Shown: positions 45,791 to 56,058, counted from the stretch's first letter. The stretch is 64,000 bases of DNA from a virus (IMGVR_UViG_3300014204_000013:13181-77180), one strand, 5' to 3'. Notes: generated from the letters alone by a model not told the origin. A program made the numbers and translations.

Positions 45791-47211
45791 AGCTAATTAA
45801 TATGGTTATTGTGTTATCTATTCTTCTCGCAATTGTTGGAGGAGGATTGGCGGCAAAAAACGGGCCGTGGGATGGCAGAACAGGAGCAAATATAACTCTG
45901 GACAATGCTTACGTCAAGGGTGCTCTGGCAGGCATAGCCACAAACGATGTATCTAACATGGGACAGCTATGGATGAAGGTAAACAAGTCCGGCGACACCA
46001 TGACGGGGGCGCTGAATGTCGTCAACGGCACCGGTCAGGCTGCGGTATCCTATGCTCAACTTTGGGATAATCGCGATTTTACAGTATCTTATGACGGCAT
46101 CATCAAGCAAAAAAGCTCCACGTTCTACGGCATAAATGGGGCAGGAACCGTAATCAGCAGCGGCATGGATTTCGGCACGGTTTTCAACACGCTTGTAGAC
46201 TCTCTGAGGACTGGCCAGAGCTGCCCGGCCACAATCGCCATAGATTGCCCAAGCGTAACCAATACATCAACATGCTATTTATATTCTGAAATGAATGTTG
46301 TGGGCATCGGCAGGCCACATATCAGCACGGCCATTGATCGCCCGATCTTCAAATCTAACGCCTCCAATTACCACAGCGGATTTGCTCTTAGGGGACTCTA
46401 TTTGCGTTTCACCGGGGCGGGACATTACACTAGCAGGCACATTGAGATATATAATGCGTCATATAATTACATAGATGAAATATATACAATGATGCCAAAT
46501 ACGCATTACGACGACACCAACCACGGCGGCATTCTGTTCGACGGCACAAGTGGCACGACCTGGCTAAATTATATTACAAATAGCCACATATCGCAAGTCA
46601 CCATTAGAAATTCTACCGATAACTGGATAGACAAATGCTCGATAGTCAATTGGGAGATGACCAACCATGCCATACTATTAATAGGCACCTGCAACAATGC
46701 CAAAATAACTGAAAATCACATAATCTGTCCATCCGGTGCTGTATCACCTGCTGGCATTTATACCGATTCAGCACAGTTCGGTATTCAGGTTCTAGGGAAT
46801 TGGTTTGAGCCACAGGATGCTTGGTCATCTGGCGAGTTCCAGGGAGGGATATTCAGCAACGGTCTGTGGACCTTCTGCGATGTGTCCAATAACCACTTCA
46901 ATTCGTTAGGCGGGGCAGGACTAAATTTCAACGGCGGGTTTTCCTATGGCACCATAAATAGGAACAATTTTTACAATGTGAATCTCGCTAATAATGTTGG
47001 CTTCCGGTGCATTTCATTTGGGTCTGGGGCTTATAACTCAATCAGCAATAATGTGGCCTATGCAAACGGCCAAACCACAAAAGCATCATTCTGTTGGGGA
47101 TCGGATTATTCGTCATATTCTGCGAATGTCATTAATGGAGATTTCTCAGACGACATAAATCCGATAGGTACCGGATCAAAAGAAAACGGGACCATTTCGG
47201 TACTCCATTAA
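45787..47211 (+). CDS. signal-peptide-bearing beta-helix (pectate-lyase-like) protein
   Basis: MKLINMVIVLSILLAIVGGGLA; KVNKSGDTMTGAL; Asn-rich beta-helix repeats. Confidence 0.7.
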   Translation: MKLINMVIVLSILLAIVGGGLAAKNGPWDGRTGANITLDNAYVKGALAGIATNDVSNMGQLWMKVNKSGDTMTGALNVVNGTGQAAVSYAQLWDNRDFTVSYDGIIKQKSSTFYGINGAGTVISSGMDFGTVFNTLVDSLRTGQSCPATIAIDCPSVTNTSTCYLYSEMNVVGIGRPHISTAIDRPIFKSNASNYHSGFALRGLYLRFTGAGHYTSRHIEIYNASYNYIDEIYTMMPNTHYDDTNHGGILFDGTSGTTWLNYITNSHISQVTIRNSTDNWIDKCSIVNWEMTNHAILLIGTCNNAKITENHIICPSGAVSPAGIYTDSAQFGIQVLGNWFEPQDAWSSGEFQGGIFSNGLWTFCDVSNNHFNSLGGAGLNFNGGFSYGTINRNNFYNVNLANNVGFRCISFGSGAYNSISNNVAYANGQTTKASFCWGSDYSSYSANVINGDFSDDINPIGTGSKENGTISVLH

Positions 47212-47221
47212 AACAATAGCA

Positions 47222-47275
47222 CCCCGGCCCACGCAAACCTCTTCGTGTGGCCGGGTTACTATTTTTTACTTTTTT
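47222..47275 (+). terminator. hairpin plus T-tract ending the structural operon
   Basis: CCCGGCC-CACG...CGTG-T-GGCCGGG followed by ATTTTTTACTTTTTT. Confidence 0.65.
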
Positions 47276-47314
47276 ACCGAACTTTTAAATACTTTGATCG
47301 CATTTATCATTATT

Positions 47315-47440
47315 ATGAAGGTAACTTACGTCGATAATGGAAAGCAAATCGAAAAAGCATTTGCAACGGAAGAAGAAGGAAAACAACTAAAAGCAGCTCT
47401 TAAAACAAAAGGCATTAAAAATGCAAAATGGGAATGGTAA
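47315..47440 (+). CDS. 41-aa basic micro-protein
   Basis: MKVTYVDNGKQIEKAFATEEEGKQLKAALKTKGIKNAKWEW; TTTAAATA upstream. Confidence 0.5.
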   Translation: MKVTYVDNGKQIEKAFATEEEGKQLKAALKTKGIKNAKWEW

Positions 47441-47447
47441 AAAAAAA

Positions 47448-47711
47448 TTACTCGGGAAATTCTGGCGTAAATTCTGCCAGAACTGTTTCCCCGAGTTTGA
47501 CATTTCCCAGTATTTCCTCGACACCCACCTTATCAGGTCCCTCGATTTTAAGAGTTACCTTATACACCCCATCATCCACAACAATGGACTCAGTAGCGGT
47601 TACAGTGTAACCCGTTTTTTTTGTACCCTTGGATGTAAGCTTGGGAGGTTTTGGTCCACTGGTGGTTATCAACAAATTAACTGTCATTCCTAACCACCCA
47701 CTCAATACCAA
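47448..47711 (-). CDS. small beta-rich hypothetical protein
   Basis: 87-aa ORF downstream of MC1; likely start 47687. Confidence 0.55.
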   Translation of the reverse strand: MVLSGWLGMTVNLLITTSGPKPPKLTSKGTKKTGYTVTATESIVVDDGVYKVTLKIEGPDKVGVEEILGNVKLGETVLAEFTPEFPE

Positions 47712-48111
47712 CCTTTTTCACATGTGGAATATTTATCATTGGACCCAACCATGCCGGATCCTTATCTGTCTTTGCTCGTTGAATTTTGGATCCCGCAAAC
47801 ACATGCACCTTAACTTCTGTGATCTTCCCTTCCTGAGTATTTCGAGATCGGCGTACCCCAGTTTCCCGTAGTCTAATATCTGTTATGCCCTGATTTGCTA
47901 TTTTCAAAGCAGCCTGTCTAGGGGCCTTTCCTGCATATCTGCCAATATCGTTATTATTGATATCCAACAGACAGAAATTCCGCACAACTCTTTTTACGGA
48001 ACTTGCTTTTACGGGCGTAGTCTTAGTCTTATCCGTCTTCATCGAAGACTTGGTTGCCTTATTGGCAACCGTCTTTTTATCCTTCTTAATAGCCATTTTA
48101 TTCCTCTTCAT
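47677..48111 (-). CDS. non-histone chromosomal protein MC1 homologue with Lys/Thr-rich N-terminal tail
   Basis: RNFCLLD...GRYAGKAPRQAALKIAN..IRLRETG..KVHVF..PAW...PHVKK matches the Methanosarcina MC1 pattern. Confidence 0.9.
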   Translation of the reverse strand: MKRNKMAIKKDKKTVANKATKSSMKTDKTKTTPVKASSVKRVVRNFCLLDINNNDIGRYAGKAPRQAALKIANQGITDIRLRETGVRRSRNTQEGKITEVKVHVFAGSKIQRAKTDKDPAWLGPMINIPHVKKVGIEWVVRNDS

Positions 48112-48173
48112 TACTTATTTTGGTGTAAAAAGTACATCAACAATTGACCAAATTAGGTCTTTCCTAATAGTCA

Positions 48174-49646
48174 TTACTTTTCAATCTCCAGCCATGCTTT
48201 CAATTTTTCACCCATCTCTACATCCGGTACAAAATGCTGCTGATCAAACAAATTGGTTCTATCTTTTACAACCTCGGCAACATGATCTTGAGACAAGTCA
48301 AGCTGCATGGTCATGTCGTAAATGAACCCTTGTCGCTGAATCGATTCTGTGCCGATTTTTCGAACTTGGGTTCTACCACTAGACGAATCCATAACATATT
48401 CAACTTTTGATCTTAATGTTACTATGATATGAATTTTAGATCCAATGATAGTATCCATTAAACGATTTTGTTTTGCCGTAACCGGTGCCCATGCTGTGAA
48501 ACTATTTCCACCGCGTTTTGTTGCTTCAGAATGAGCTTCTAACGCACCCCCTTCCCCTTGCCAATAGGGGCTAGCACTGTCTATCACCAAAACCTGGTAT
48601 CCAGCAACTTCTGCCATTTTTATGGCAGTTATTAACCGTTCTACTTGGAATGGTGGTTCCATTTCCATTACATCATATTGTCCAATAGTAACCGTTCCAA
48701 CTGTTGCGCCTTCATATAATTGAGCCGATTTACCTTCACTATCAACAACTGCAATCTTGCTCCAATCCTTAGTTATCCCGTATGCAATAAGCAATGCGGA
48801 AACCGTTTTACCACTACCCGAAAAACCAGACAGTGATAACCTAAGCTTGGCATTTTGACGCTTGGCTTTCTTAAACATACCAGGAGATAAAGTTTGAGTT
48901 GGAGTCGGAACTGCATCTTGTTTAGCTGATGGCTGAATTACCGGGGCCTTTGGTTGTGCCGGCACCGTCTTTGGAGCGGCTGGTTGACTTGCCACCTGCT
49001 TTGGATCAACCTTTCCATTCATGATATCATCAAGTGAAGGCGCTGGTGCTTTTGGGGCATCTATTACAGATTCAGCTTTCGATTTTTCAGTCACTTTTCC
49101 TCCTATCGTGGCACTGGCTGCAGCAGCCATAGCCTTCGGAGAATTACCCAATGCATTGGCCCTCTGCACATCTCCGTGTGCCTTGGTTCCGGGTATGACT
49201 GAATCAGGTGCCGATAAATCTTCCTTAGTCTTTTTCTTTCCTTTTTCAGGCTTAGTAAAGTGAGCCGGAGGCTTATTAGAAGGTTCTGGACAGGTTCTAC
49301 CTAAATTATCTACTTCCCCACCTGGTTCCCCTGGAGTTCCAGGCTCACCCGTAGGTTCGGAATCTCCCCCAGGATTTACAGTTTCAGCTTTCTCCTGATT
49401 TTCTGCAATTGCAGTCTGCAACGCCTTGGTAAAGTGCTTTTTAATCTTTACCAAAGACGATGCCTGATCAAGATTGTCTCCATCCTTTGGTCTAACTTTC
49501 AAAATTTTAAGCTCATCATCGGTCCCCTGATCAAATCCAATATCACCATACTGTGTACGAATTATGCCTTCAGTTCCCTCGACTATTGCCTCATAATCGA
49601 ATTTTTCAGCATACTCCGTTAAAAATGTTTTCAAGAATTCTTTCAT
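48174..49646 (-). CDS. AAA_24-like phage ATPase with long disordered N-terminal extension
   Basis: KLRLSLSGFSGSGKT, IAVVDSE, VLVIDSAS..WQGEGG, HIIVTLRSK. Confidence 0.8.
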   Translation of the reverse strand: MKEFLKTFLTEYAEKFDYEAIVEGTEGIIRTQYGDIGFDQGTDDELKILKVRPKDGDNLDQASSLVKIKKHFTKALQTAIAENQEKAETVNPGGDSEPTGEPGTPGEPGGEVDNLGRTCPEPSNKPPAHFTKPEKGKKKTKEDLSAPDSVIPGTKAHGDVQRANALGNSPKAMAAAASATIGGKVTEKSKAESVIDAPKAPAPSLDDIMNGKVDPKQVASQPAAPKTVPAQPKAPVIQPSAKQDAVPTPTQTLSPGMFKKAKRQNAKLRLSLSGFSGSGKTVSALLIAYGITKDWSKIAVVDSEGKSAQLYEGATVGTVTIGQYDVMEMEPPFQVERLITAIKMAEVAGYQVLVIDSASPYWQGEGGALEAHSEATKRGGNSFTAWAPVTAKQNRLMDTIIGSKIHIIVTLRSKVEYVMDSSSGRTQVRKIGTESIQRQGFIYDMTMQLDLSQDHVAEVVKDRTNLFDQQHFVPDVEMGEKLKAWLEIEK

Positions 49647-49647
49647 A

Positions 49648-49878
49648 CTACCTCTTAATATATGGATCCATGTCTTCTGCTATCTCTCTTCCAATCGATG
49701 ACAATTTCATCATTAAATGACTGGCTGCCCAGTGCTTGCCAGCTCTAACACCCAATGCAAAAGCTCTCAACTCAAGCTCTCCCATATCCTCAACTAGGAT
49801 ACTTTTAACGTCGCTTTGAGAATTTGAACTATTTGCAAATCTCTCCATCCTATCATTAATATATTCAGCATCGTCCAT
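49648..49878 (-). CDS. hypothetical protein
   Basis: Co-oriented ORF in a tight array. Confidence 0.6.
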   Translation of the reverse strand: MDDAEYINDRMERFANSSNSQSDVKSILVEDMGELELRAFALGVRAGKHWAASHLMMKLSSIGREIAEDMDPYIKR

Positions 49879-49885
49879 ATTGCAC

Positions 49886-50470
49886 CTATTTATTGAATTG
49901 TTGCTGAACCAACTTAACAGTTTCAGTTTGATGTTTTATCGCAGACTGCATTCTAACCTGCATATGATTCAAAACCTCACCCATGATAGTTCTTTGGAAT
50001 AAAACCCCTCTAATAATTCCCTTTTTAGTATCTATATCCAAAGTTTCCCATTTCTCAAGAATATCATCAATCGATGTCGCTTCTTTTACAATCGTAGAAT
50101 ACTCATTTACAATCTCATCGAAATCCTGTCTTGATACTCCAAGCGTCCTTATGATTATAGCATCCTGATCAGTGTACTTTTTTACCTCCGCATTGAATTC
50201 GTTAAATTTAGGTCCAGCTATAAGCATAACCGGAGCATCTTTTTCTCCCTTCTTTACAGCCAGAACCTCGGCTGCTAGTAGCCTTTCAATATACAAAATT
50301 GAATTATCCACCATCTTAGCAGATTCTTCAGGAGTAGTTGGATTCTTATTAAACAATGCTACCTGCAACGCATCCTTGGACATCGTAAAATCAGGTTTCA
50401 ATTCTCCAAGCTTCTGCATAGGTACTTTTTCGTCATACATTACCTCAATTATTTCCTTAATTTTATCCAT
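49886..50470 (-). CDS. hypothetical helical protein
   Basis: 194-aa ORF with GGAGGT RBS. Confidence 0.7.
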   Translation of the reverse strand: MDKIKEIIEVMYDEKVPMQKLGELKPDFTMSKDALQVALFNKNPTTPEESAKMVDNSILYIERLLAAEVLAVKKGEKDAPVMLIAGPKFNEFNAEVKKYTDQDAIIIRTLGVSRQDFDEIVNEYSTIVKEATSIDDILEKWETLDIDTKKGIIRGVLFQRTIMGEVLNHMQVRMQSAIKHQTETVKLVQQQFNK

Positions 50471-50552
50471 GTTTTACCTCCAATTTTCAAGACGTTACCA
50501 CAACTAACGATTAAACGTATAAATAGATTTTGGTTAGATCGAAAAAAGAACA

Positions 50553-50738
50553 TCAACTCAACTTCAGAACTATCTCATCATCTTCATCATCAATTTTCTC
50601 AAAATTCATTCTAAATGTTCCTTCCTCCCACCTCCGACTCTTGGCCTTTAACTTCGCCTCCACAAAAGCATCATCGACGTTTTCAAAGTCACCCACCACC
50701 AACATTTTAAACCCTTGAGAGATCGTAGTGTGAATCAT
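50553..50738 (-). CDS. hypothetical protein
   Basis: 61-aa ORF, ATGA overlap. Confidence 0.55.
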   Translation of the reverse strand: MIHTTISQGFKMLVVGDFENVDDAFVEAKLKAKSRRWEEGTFRMNFEKIDDEDDEIVLKLS

Positions 50739-50902
50739 AGTCTTCCCGAAACCCTAATCATAGCTTCAATAATCTCGACCCATGAAAATTTAGTCTCCTC
50801 ATTTTCCCTTGCACTTATCGCTTTAATCTTTATTCCATCCGGCGTTGCTTCTACTTTTAAAAAAAGGTGCTCATTACCATTATTATAAAGCATATCTACC
50901 AT
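50735..50902 (-). CDS. 55-aa hypothetical protein (below cutoff)
   Basis: Hand translation MVDMLYNNGNEHLFLKVEATPDG...; GGAG RBS. Confidence 0.5.
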   Translation of the reverse strand: MVDMLYNNGNEHLFLKVEATPDGIKIKAISARENEETKFSWVEIIEAMIRVSGRL

Positions 50903-51261
50903 GTGTATTCTCCCATTTATCAGTTTTTACCATTTCCACCATTTCGTCTAATGGTAAATTCCAATTTTCTGCCATAAATCCCAAAAGTAACATTGTACTT
51001 AAAATTAGCTTCCAAATATGGATAGTCTTATAAAATCTATGAATAATATGAATATGACACCAACTAAAATCAGACCATATATCTTAATCTTTATAATTTC
51101 ATTCTCAAGTTTTTTTATTCGCTCCTTCTCATTTACGCTCATATTTCAAACCTCCGATAACATCGTAATGACTTTATTTGCAGGCGCGAAACTTAATTTG
51201 CATAACTGTGATTAAATACCATCCGTATTCTGGAGTCAATCGATCATAATCAACATCCTGA

Positions 51262-51615
51262 TTATCTCGAATGAATTCTAATAATTTCTTTATCTTTTCG
51301 TCCATCCAACCACTTCTCAAATGCCTTTATCGGTTTGTTTTTACGTTTCTGCAACGCCTGGTAAGCCTTAAATTCTTTTACATACTGCTCCACCCATTCT
51401 CGCCCAGGCATAGGTCCCCATCTCTCGATACATTCCGGACCTACACCCCTGGCAAACGACAATTCATCAGTCAACAATCTTCCGCAAAAATAGCAGGTGG
51501 TTACTCCGTCACCCTTGGGGGTATAACCCGGTAATCCTGGCATCACTCGCCCGTCTTTAACCAGAACCCTGATTATTTTTAATCCAAATTCATCTTCCAT
51601 CAAAATCACTACCAA
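51262..51615 (-). CDS. DUF6011-like zinc-finger protein
   Basis: CYFCGRLLTDELS.ARGVGPEC. Confidence 0.7.
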   Translation of the reverse strand: MVVILMEDEFGLKIIRVLVKDGRVMPGLPGYTPKGDGVTTCYFCGRLLTDELSFARGVGPECIERWGPMPGREWVEQYVKEFKAYQALQKRKNKPIKAFEKWLDGRKDKEIIRIHSR

Positions 51616-51686
51616 TAAGTCCAGTCACTGGAGAAAAGGGAGTCATGAAGGGAATAATGACTGAGGGAAACCCCAATGATATCTGT

Positions 51687-51923
51687 TTATGGTAGCACCT
51701 TTGACAACTCATCAAACAATTTTATCCACTCTTTGCCTTTATTTGTTGTAGTATAAAAGACTCTTCCCCTATGTTCAACCGAAACATATTCTCCAACCAA
51801 TAACACCGCAATATATTTTTTAAAAACATTGGTTTGGATATTTGATATCTTACAGATATCTGTCATATGCCGGCCTTCTGCAGCCAGCATGATATCCTTA
51901 ATCAATCCAAAGGCTTCTCGCAT
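51687..51923 (-). CDS. archaeal winged-helix regulator
   Basis: IIKDI-like start, TDICKISNI..Y...L...YYTTTNKGKEW-type wing motif. Confidence 0.7.
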   Translation of the reverse strand: MREAFGLIKDIMLAAEGRHMTDICKISNIQTNVFKKYIAVLLVGEYVSVEHRGRVFYTTTNKGKEWIKLFDELSKVLP

Positions 51924-52192
51924 ATTTCCTCTTGTGCGGCCCTCAATACATCATGAATCTTCACAGCATCCGGGCAATACTCGCAAAGTACTAACCTGGC
52001 TGCCTCATTTTTAAGTGCATCTAAAGCCATGCAAATACCGTATTTAGCAACCAGCTTTTGCATTTCAAGTTTTACAATTTTACTTTTATCTTCTTTAACA
52101 AGTTCTTTTTCCATTTTAGATATATCCGAAAATTCATGAATGTTTAACGGAATTGATCGATTTATCGTTTTTTGCCCTCCGATTATTTCCAT
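51902..52192 (-). CDS. hypothetical protein
   Basis: 96-aa ORF in array. Confidence 0.55.
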   Translation of the reverse strand: MEIIGGQKTINRSIPLNIHEFSDISKMEKELVKEDKSKIVKLEMQKLVAKYGICMALDALKNEAARLVLCEYCPDAVKIHDVLRAAQEEICEKPLD

Positions 52193-52348
52193 GCTCTATT
52201 TCCTCCTAAAAACCACAAATTCAAATTAACACCTTTAACTGGTATCGATGTCCTCTTAGGTCCAAGTTGACCATCGCATTCCGGACACCTCAAAGGATAA
52301 TCTCGAAATGCCCAGAAGCGATGACATTTACCAAGACAGAACATTACA

Positions 52349-53092
52349 TCACATCTTATGAGATTCCTGTTTCATCAATTCCTCGGCCAGTGCTAACTTT
52401 CGAGATCGGAAATATTTCTTTAAAATCGTTCTACCTTCATCCTTCCTAAAAGAAACATCCCTAGTCATCCAGTCCCAAACAAACTGAGGATTACCGTATT
52501 TCTTTTCGGCCATCGCATTAGCCAACAATGAAGGAACAAAATAATTTTCCTCCATATGACTCAACAGATGACCTACCCCATCGCCAAAAGCAGGCTTACC
52601 TGCCGTAGTTTTCATAAGACATTCCCAGCAATCTCCACCATCTGGATGTTCGAGTCCATTTTCAACGATATGATTCACAAACCCATCGATGTATCCTTTG
52701 ACCATCTTATCAACTTTTTTCTTGTAATATTCCGTACTGGCAGGGACCTGGGGATTAAGAACTACTCCATCTTTGATGGTCATATTATCGTAGAATACAG
52801 ATCCTCCGATATACCACATGCCGTTATTAGCTGTAACTCGAAGACCTTGACACAGGAGAGCATCATTTATTCTTTCTTTCGTAGTTACTGTTCTCAATCC
52901 ACCAGAATTAAGAGTTATGGTGCCATCCGGAGCAAAAATAACGATGTTGGTATCATGCAGCCTGATTGCAAGGTTATTTCCATCGATCTCAGTTCCGCAT
53001 AAAGGTATTATGCGGGTATGGTTCCCAATGGGTTTGCCATTTTCCTTGGACCTGGCTGTACTTAGCAGTGCTTTCGCTCCATTGTAATCCAT
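52349..53092 (-). CDS. conserved phage-type hypothetical protein
   Basis: IRLHDTNIV..ITLNSGG.RTVTTKERIN motif typical of phage small-gene regions. Confidence 0.65.
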   Translation of the reverse strand: MDYNGAKALLSTARSKENGKPIGNHTRIIPLCGTEIDGNNLAIRLHDTNIVIFAPDGTITLNSGGLRTVTTKERINDALLCQGLRVTANNGMWYIGGSVFYDNMTIKDGVVLNPQVPASTEYYKKKVDKMVKGYIDGFVNHIVENGLEHPDGGDCWECLMKTTAGKPAFGDGVGHLLSHMEENYFVPSLLANAMAEKKYGNPQFVWDWMTRDVSFRKDEGRTILKKYFRSRKLALAEELMKQESHKM

Positions 53093-53515
53093 TTATATCA
53101 TCTCTTTAATTCTTAGTAATAATTCATCATTAATGTCATTTACATATCTTTCTTTAAAGGCTACAAGAGCCTTATAAATTTGATCTGCTTCTTTAGTATT
53201 CAATTCAATAATCATCACAATTACTCCTTTATTTTTTCGCCTCTTACTGGGCATAAAGTGTTACAAGCAACGCATTTGGCAGTATATCCATTCCATCTGC
53301 ACCCTACTACTCGATTGTCTTTTCTAATTGCAGTTAAATTAGAGATACCTATCCTAGATCGCATTTTAATCATTCCTCATCACAAACATGCCCGAAATCT
53401 GTTATCTCCTTTTTTATGGCACATGTTCCAAAACCATCCTTAACTTGTTTCCAGTTATTACAAAACGCGCATATTTCAACGCATGGTGGCCGAACAAATT
53501 TTGACATAATTCACC

Positions 53516-53770
53516 TCAACAAACTATCTGAATCTGTGTTCCATTTTCAAAGGTTAATAAACCATCTCGGGTTATATTGAACCCGTACCCCGGACCCAGG
53601 ACATAAACGATTTCTTCGGAAGTCATATTTTCCATGCCCGGAATGACCCCGATATAAGGGTTACAGTTGCAAATAGATGCATTGCCTATGCCGGTTATCG
53701 TGGTCGCCGTGTCGAGGGATGGCTGGGCAGCTCCCAGGCCGATGATTAAAAAGATTAAAAGCCACTGCAT
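53516..53770 (-). CDS. small secreted protein
   Basis: Signal peptide MQWLLIFLIIGLGAAQ. Confidence 0.55.
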   Translation of the reverse strand: MQWLLIFLIIGLGAAQPSLDTATTITGIGNASICNCNPYIGVIPGMENMTSEEIVYVLGPGYGFNITRDGLLTFENGTQIQIVC

Positions 53771-53807
53771 TTACTCACCTATCGCCATAGTATCCATTTT
53801 GTTATCT

Positions 53808-54572
53808 CTAATACAGCAATTCCTCAACAGCTTTCTGCAATGCTTCTTTCAGGTTATCCTCAAAAGTCTCTGGATAATATTCTTCACACCAGGCGACCTT
53901 CTCATCGTTATCCATGTTTTCAATTTCAGATTCTTCATCTTCAGTAAAACTTTCCTTTTCATTGGTGGCTATATCGTCAGCTACCTGCCATTTAATTTCC
54001 TCAACATCGATATCGTTGATGTTGTTTATCAGATTTCTCCATTCACTGTAAACTGCATTTCCATAAGTAAACGCAGCTTTAGTAGCCAATATATCGGTGT
54101 AGTCATCACTGCCTTCCCACAAACCGCTATCAGTTTCTTCATGCTCTGATAGATCATTCAGTAATTCTATTGCATCCTTCGGATTATACCACCTATCAAT
54201 AATGGTTTCATGGAAAGTGCTATCTCCATGAGCATAGTCATTGTTCATATCATCACTGGCTTCACCATCATCCAGCAACTGTTGAACAATCTCATCCACG
54301 AAATTATCTCTGATGAGATCCTTAGCATCCACTTCGGCCTGGGTGCTGTAAGAAGGCTTTGGATTTGCATAAATACTGTAGCTCAAATACTCTACAAATT
54401 TATCCAATGGTCCAGTGTCATGATCCATCGCATAAGACATCACCATTCTCATTAGATTGGCCTTGAAAATCTGTTTTGCCTCTTTACCTAAACGATAAGA
54501 ATCCACATATTCATTATGTTCTGGCTGTGGTTTATCGTTAATCGTAACATCAAGACTTAATTTAACTTCCAT
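53808..54572 (-). CDS. highly acidic hypothetical protein
   Basis: 254 aa, D/E-rich. Confidence 0.7.
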   Translation of the reverse strand: MEVKLSLDVTINDKPQPEHNEYVDSYRLGKEAKQIFKANLMRMVMSYAMDHDTGPLDKFVEYLSYSIYANPKPSYSTQAEVDAKDLIRDNFVDEIVQQLLDDGEASDDMNNDYAHGDSTFHETIIDRWYNPKDAIELLNDLSEHEETDSGLWEGSDDYTDILATKAAFTYGNAVYSEWRNLINNINDIDVEEIKWQVADDIATNEKESFTEDEESEIENMDNDEKVAWCEEYYPETFEDNLKEALQKAVEELLY

Positions 54573-54576
54573 ATCA

Positions 54577-54981
54577 TCACCACGACACCGTGAAAATTCT
54601 TTTTCCTTTTCGAGCTTGCAACCACGTTACTACATCATGTTCAGACTTGATTGAATATCCGGATTTATTTGGTACCTTCATCGCTTCGCCTATTTTCGCA
54701 ATCAACTCATCGTCAATTACAGGTAAATCTTCTCCAATTATGTCTACTAACTTTCCAATTGGGCCTGGAACAAATTCATCTGAATCCGTAACCGCAGCCT
54801 TCAGCCATGATACTTCGCCTACATCTATGCGTTCAGTGCCTAAGATTTTATCAAAAACTTCATTACTAAACGACTTTTTTGAAAGATCGAAATATTTAGA
54901 ACCAAATGTATGTGAATTGAATTCAGCCAGGTCCTCTTCAGCTATACCTTCAAAAATATGGATACATAAATCTGCGCTCAT
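54577..54981 (-). CDS. hypothetical protein
   Basis: 134-aa ORF, overlapping start/stop. Confidence 0.65.
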   Translation of the reverse strand: MSADLCIHIFEGIAEEDLAEFNSHTFGSKYFDLSKKSFSNEVFDKILGTERIDVGEVSWLKAAVTDSDEFVPGPIGKLVDIIGEDLPVIDDELIAKIGEAMKVPNKSGYSIKSEHDVVTWLQARKGKRIFTVSW

Positions 54982-55373
54982 TCTCGCTCCGTTTCGTTTA
55001 ATAACTCTTCATAAGTTGAAGCTGATCCCAGGAACATTCTAAGACTCTTTGCACCGTCTACAACAGCCAACCATATTCTTTCTGCTTTTCTGCTATCGGT
55101 ATCATAGCCAAAATCATCACACCAATCTTCAAAAGAAGCTGCATTCTCATATCCAGAAGCTTCCTGAGCTAGGCAATCCAATACCTCTTCGCATGTTGGT
55201 TTTTCTGATAATGCTTTTCCTTTACTAAAGAAAGTTCTTAAATTTACATTCTCCCTGGTTAAAACACATTCATAATTGAACATATCGTCATAATCCATAT
55301 GTGGATTTCTAACTACAGATGTGCTTTTCATGCTAATTTTATGCTTTATACAAAAATCTCTAATCGATATCAT
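54978..55373 (-). CDS. phage-type hypothetical protein
   Basis: FEDWCDDFGYDTDSRKA motif. Confidence 0.65.
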   Translation of the reverse strand: MISIRDFCIKHKISMKSTSVVRNPHMDYDDMFNYECVLTRENVNLRTFFSKGKALSEKPTCEEVLDCLAQEASGYENAASFEDWCDDFGYDTDSRKAERIWLAVVDGAKSLRMFLGSASTYEELLNETERE

Positions 55374-55562
55374 TTACAATGCCTCCACTAGCTCAGCTAT
55401 AAGCTGTTTAACATCTTTTGTTGAAAGTTCTACATGTTCTAAACATTCAACATCATTGCTTATGCTTAGTTGAACTTGATCGTTTGCGAATTTTACTACA
55501 TTCACACGTTTTTTACCAATCGGTCTAAAATTAAGAATCCGTTTTCGAATTTCTTCACTCAT
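55374..55562 (-). CDS. hypothetical protein
   Basis: Abutting ORF in array. Confidence 0.55.
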   Translation of the reverse strand: MSEEIRKRILNFRPIGKKRVNVVKFANDQVQLSISNDVECLEHVELSTKDVKQLIAELVEAL

Positions 55563-55761
55563 TCTTATCCTCTGCAGCTTTTCGATATTCCTCAGTTACC
55601 CTTTTAAACGTATCTGGTGCAATCTCAATTGATCGCAAGACTGGGTGATTTAGAATCACCATCGCTTTAATCAATGAGTCCTTCGCATCTGACAGATTTA
55701 ATTTTTCCAACTGTTCAATTGCTTTTTTAACGTGTTCTCTGGCATCTGAAACGAGTATCAT
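55555..55761 (-). CDS. hypothetical protein
   Basis: Abutting ORF in array. Confidence 0.55.
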   Translation of the reverse strand: MILVSDAREHVKKAIEQLEKLNLSDAKDSLIKAMVILNHPVLRSIEIAPDTFKRVTEEYRKAAEDKNE

Positions 55762-56058
55762 TTAAACCTCCAGTCCATGCTTTTTAAGACTGTCATTTAA
55801 CAATTCTTCAAATTTATCTCTTTTTAAACGAGATTTTTTGTCTCCACCATCGATCCAATTCAAATGTTTTCCAGTTGTCGGACCCCAGAGATTTTCACTT
55901 ACTTGGCAGTCATTGTGGCCATCTTCAAATGCAATTACGGTCTTATAGCTAAAATATAGCATTAGACTACCAAGCCAAATTTTCAGGCAATGCCCAGAAT
56001 AGTTATCAGATGAATAATTTCCATATGTTCCTACAGAGAACCTTAATTTATCCGGCAT
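55762..56058 (-). CDS. phage-type hypothetical protein
   Basis: YFSYKTVIAF..SENLWGPTTGKHLNWIDG. Confidence 0.65.
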   Translation of the reverse strand: MPDKLRFSVGTYGNYSSDNYSGHCLKIWLGSLMLYFSYKTVIAFEDGHNDCQVSENLWGPTTGKHLNWIDGGDKKSRLKRDKFEELLNDSLKKHGLEV

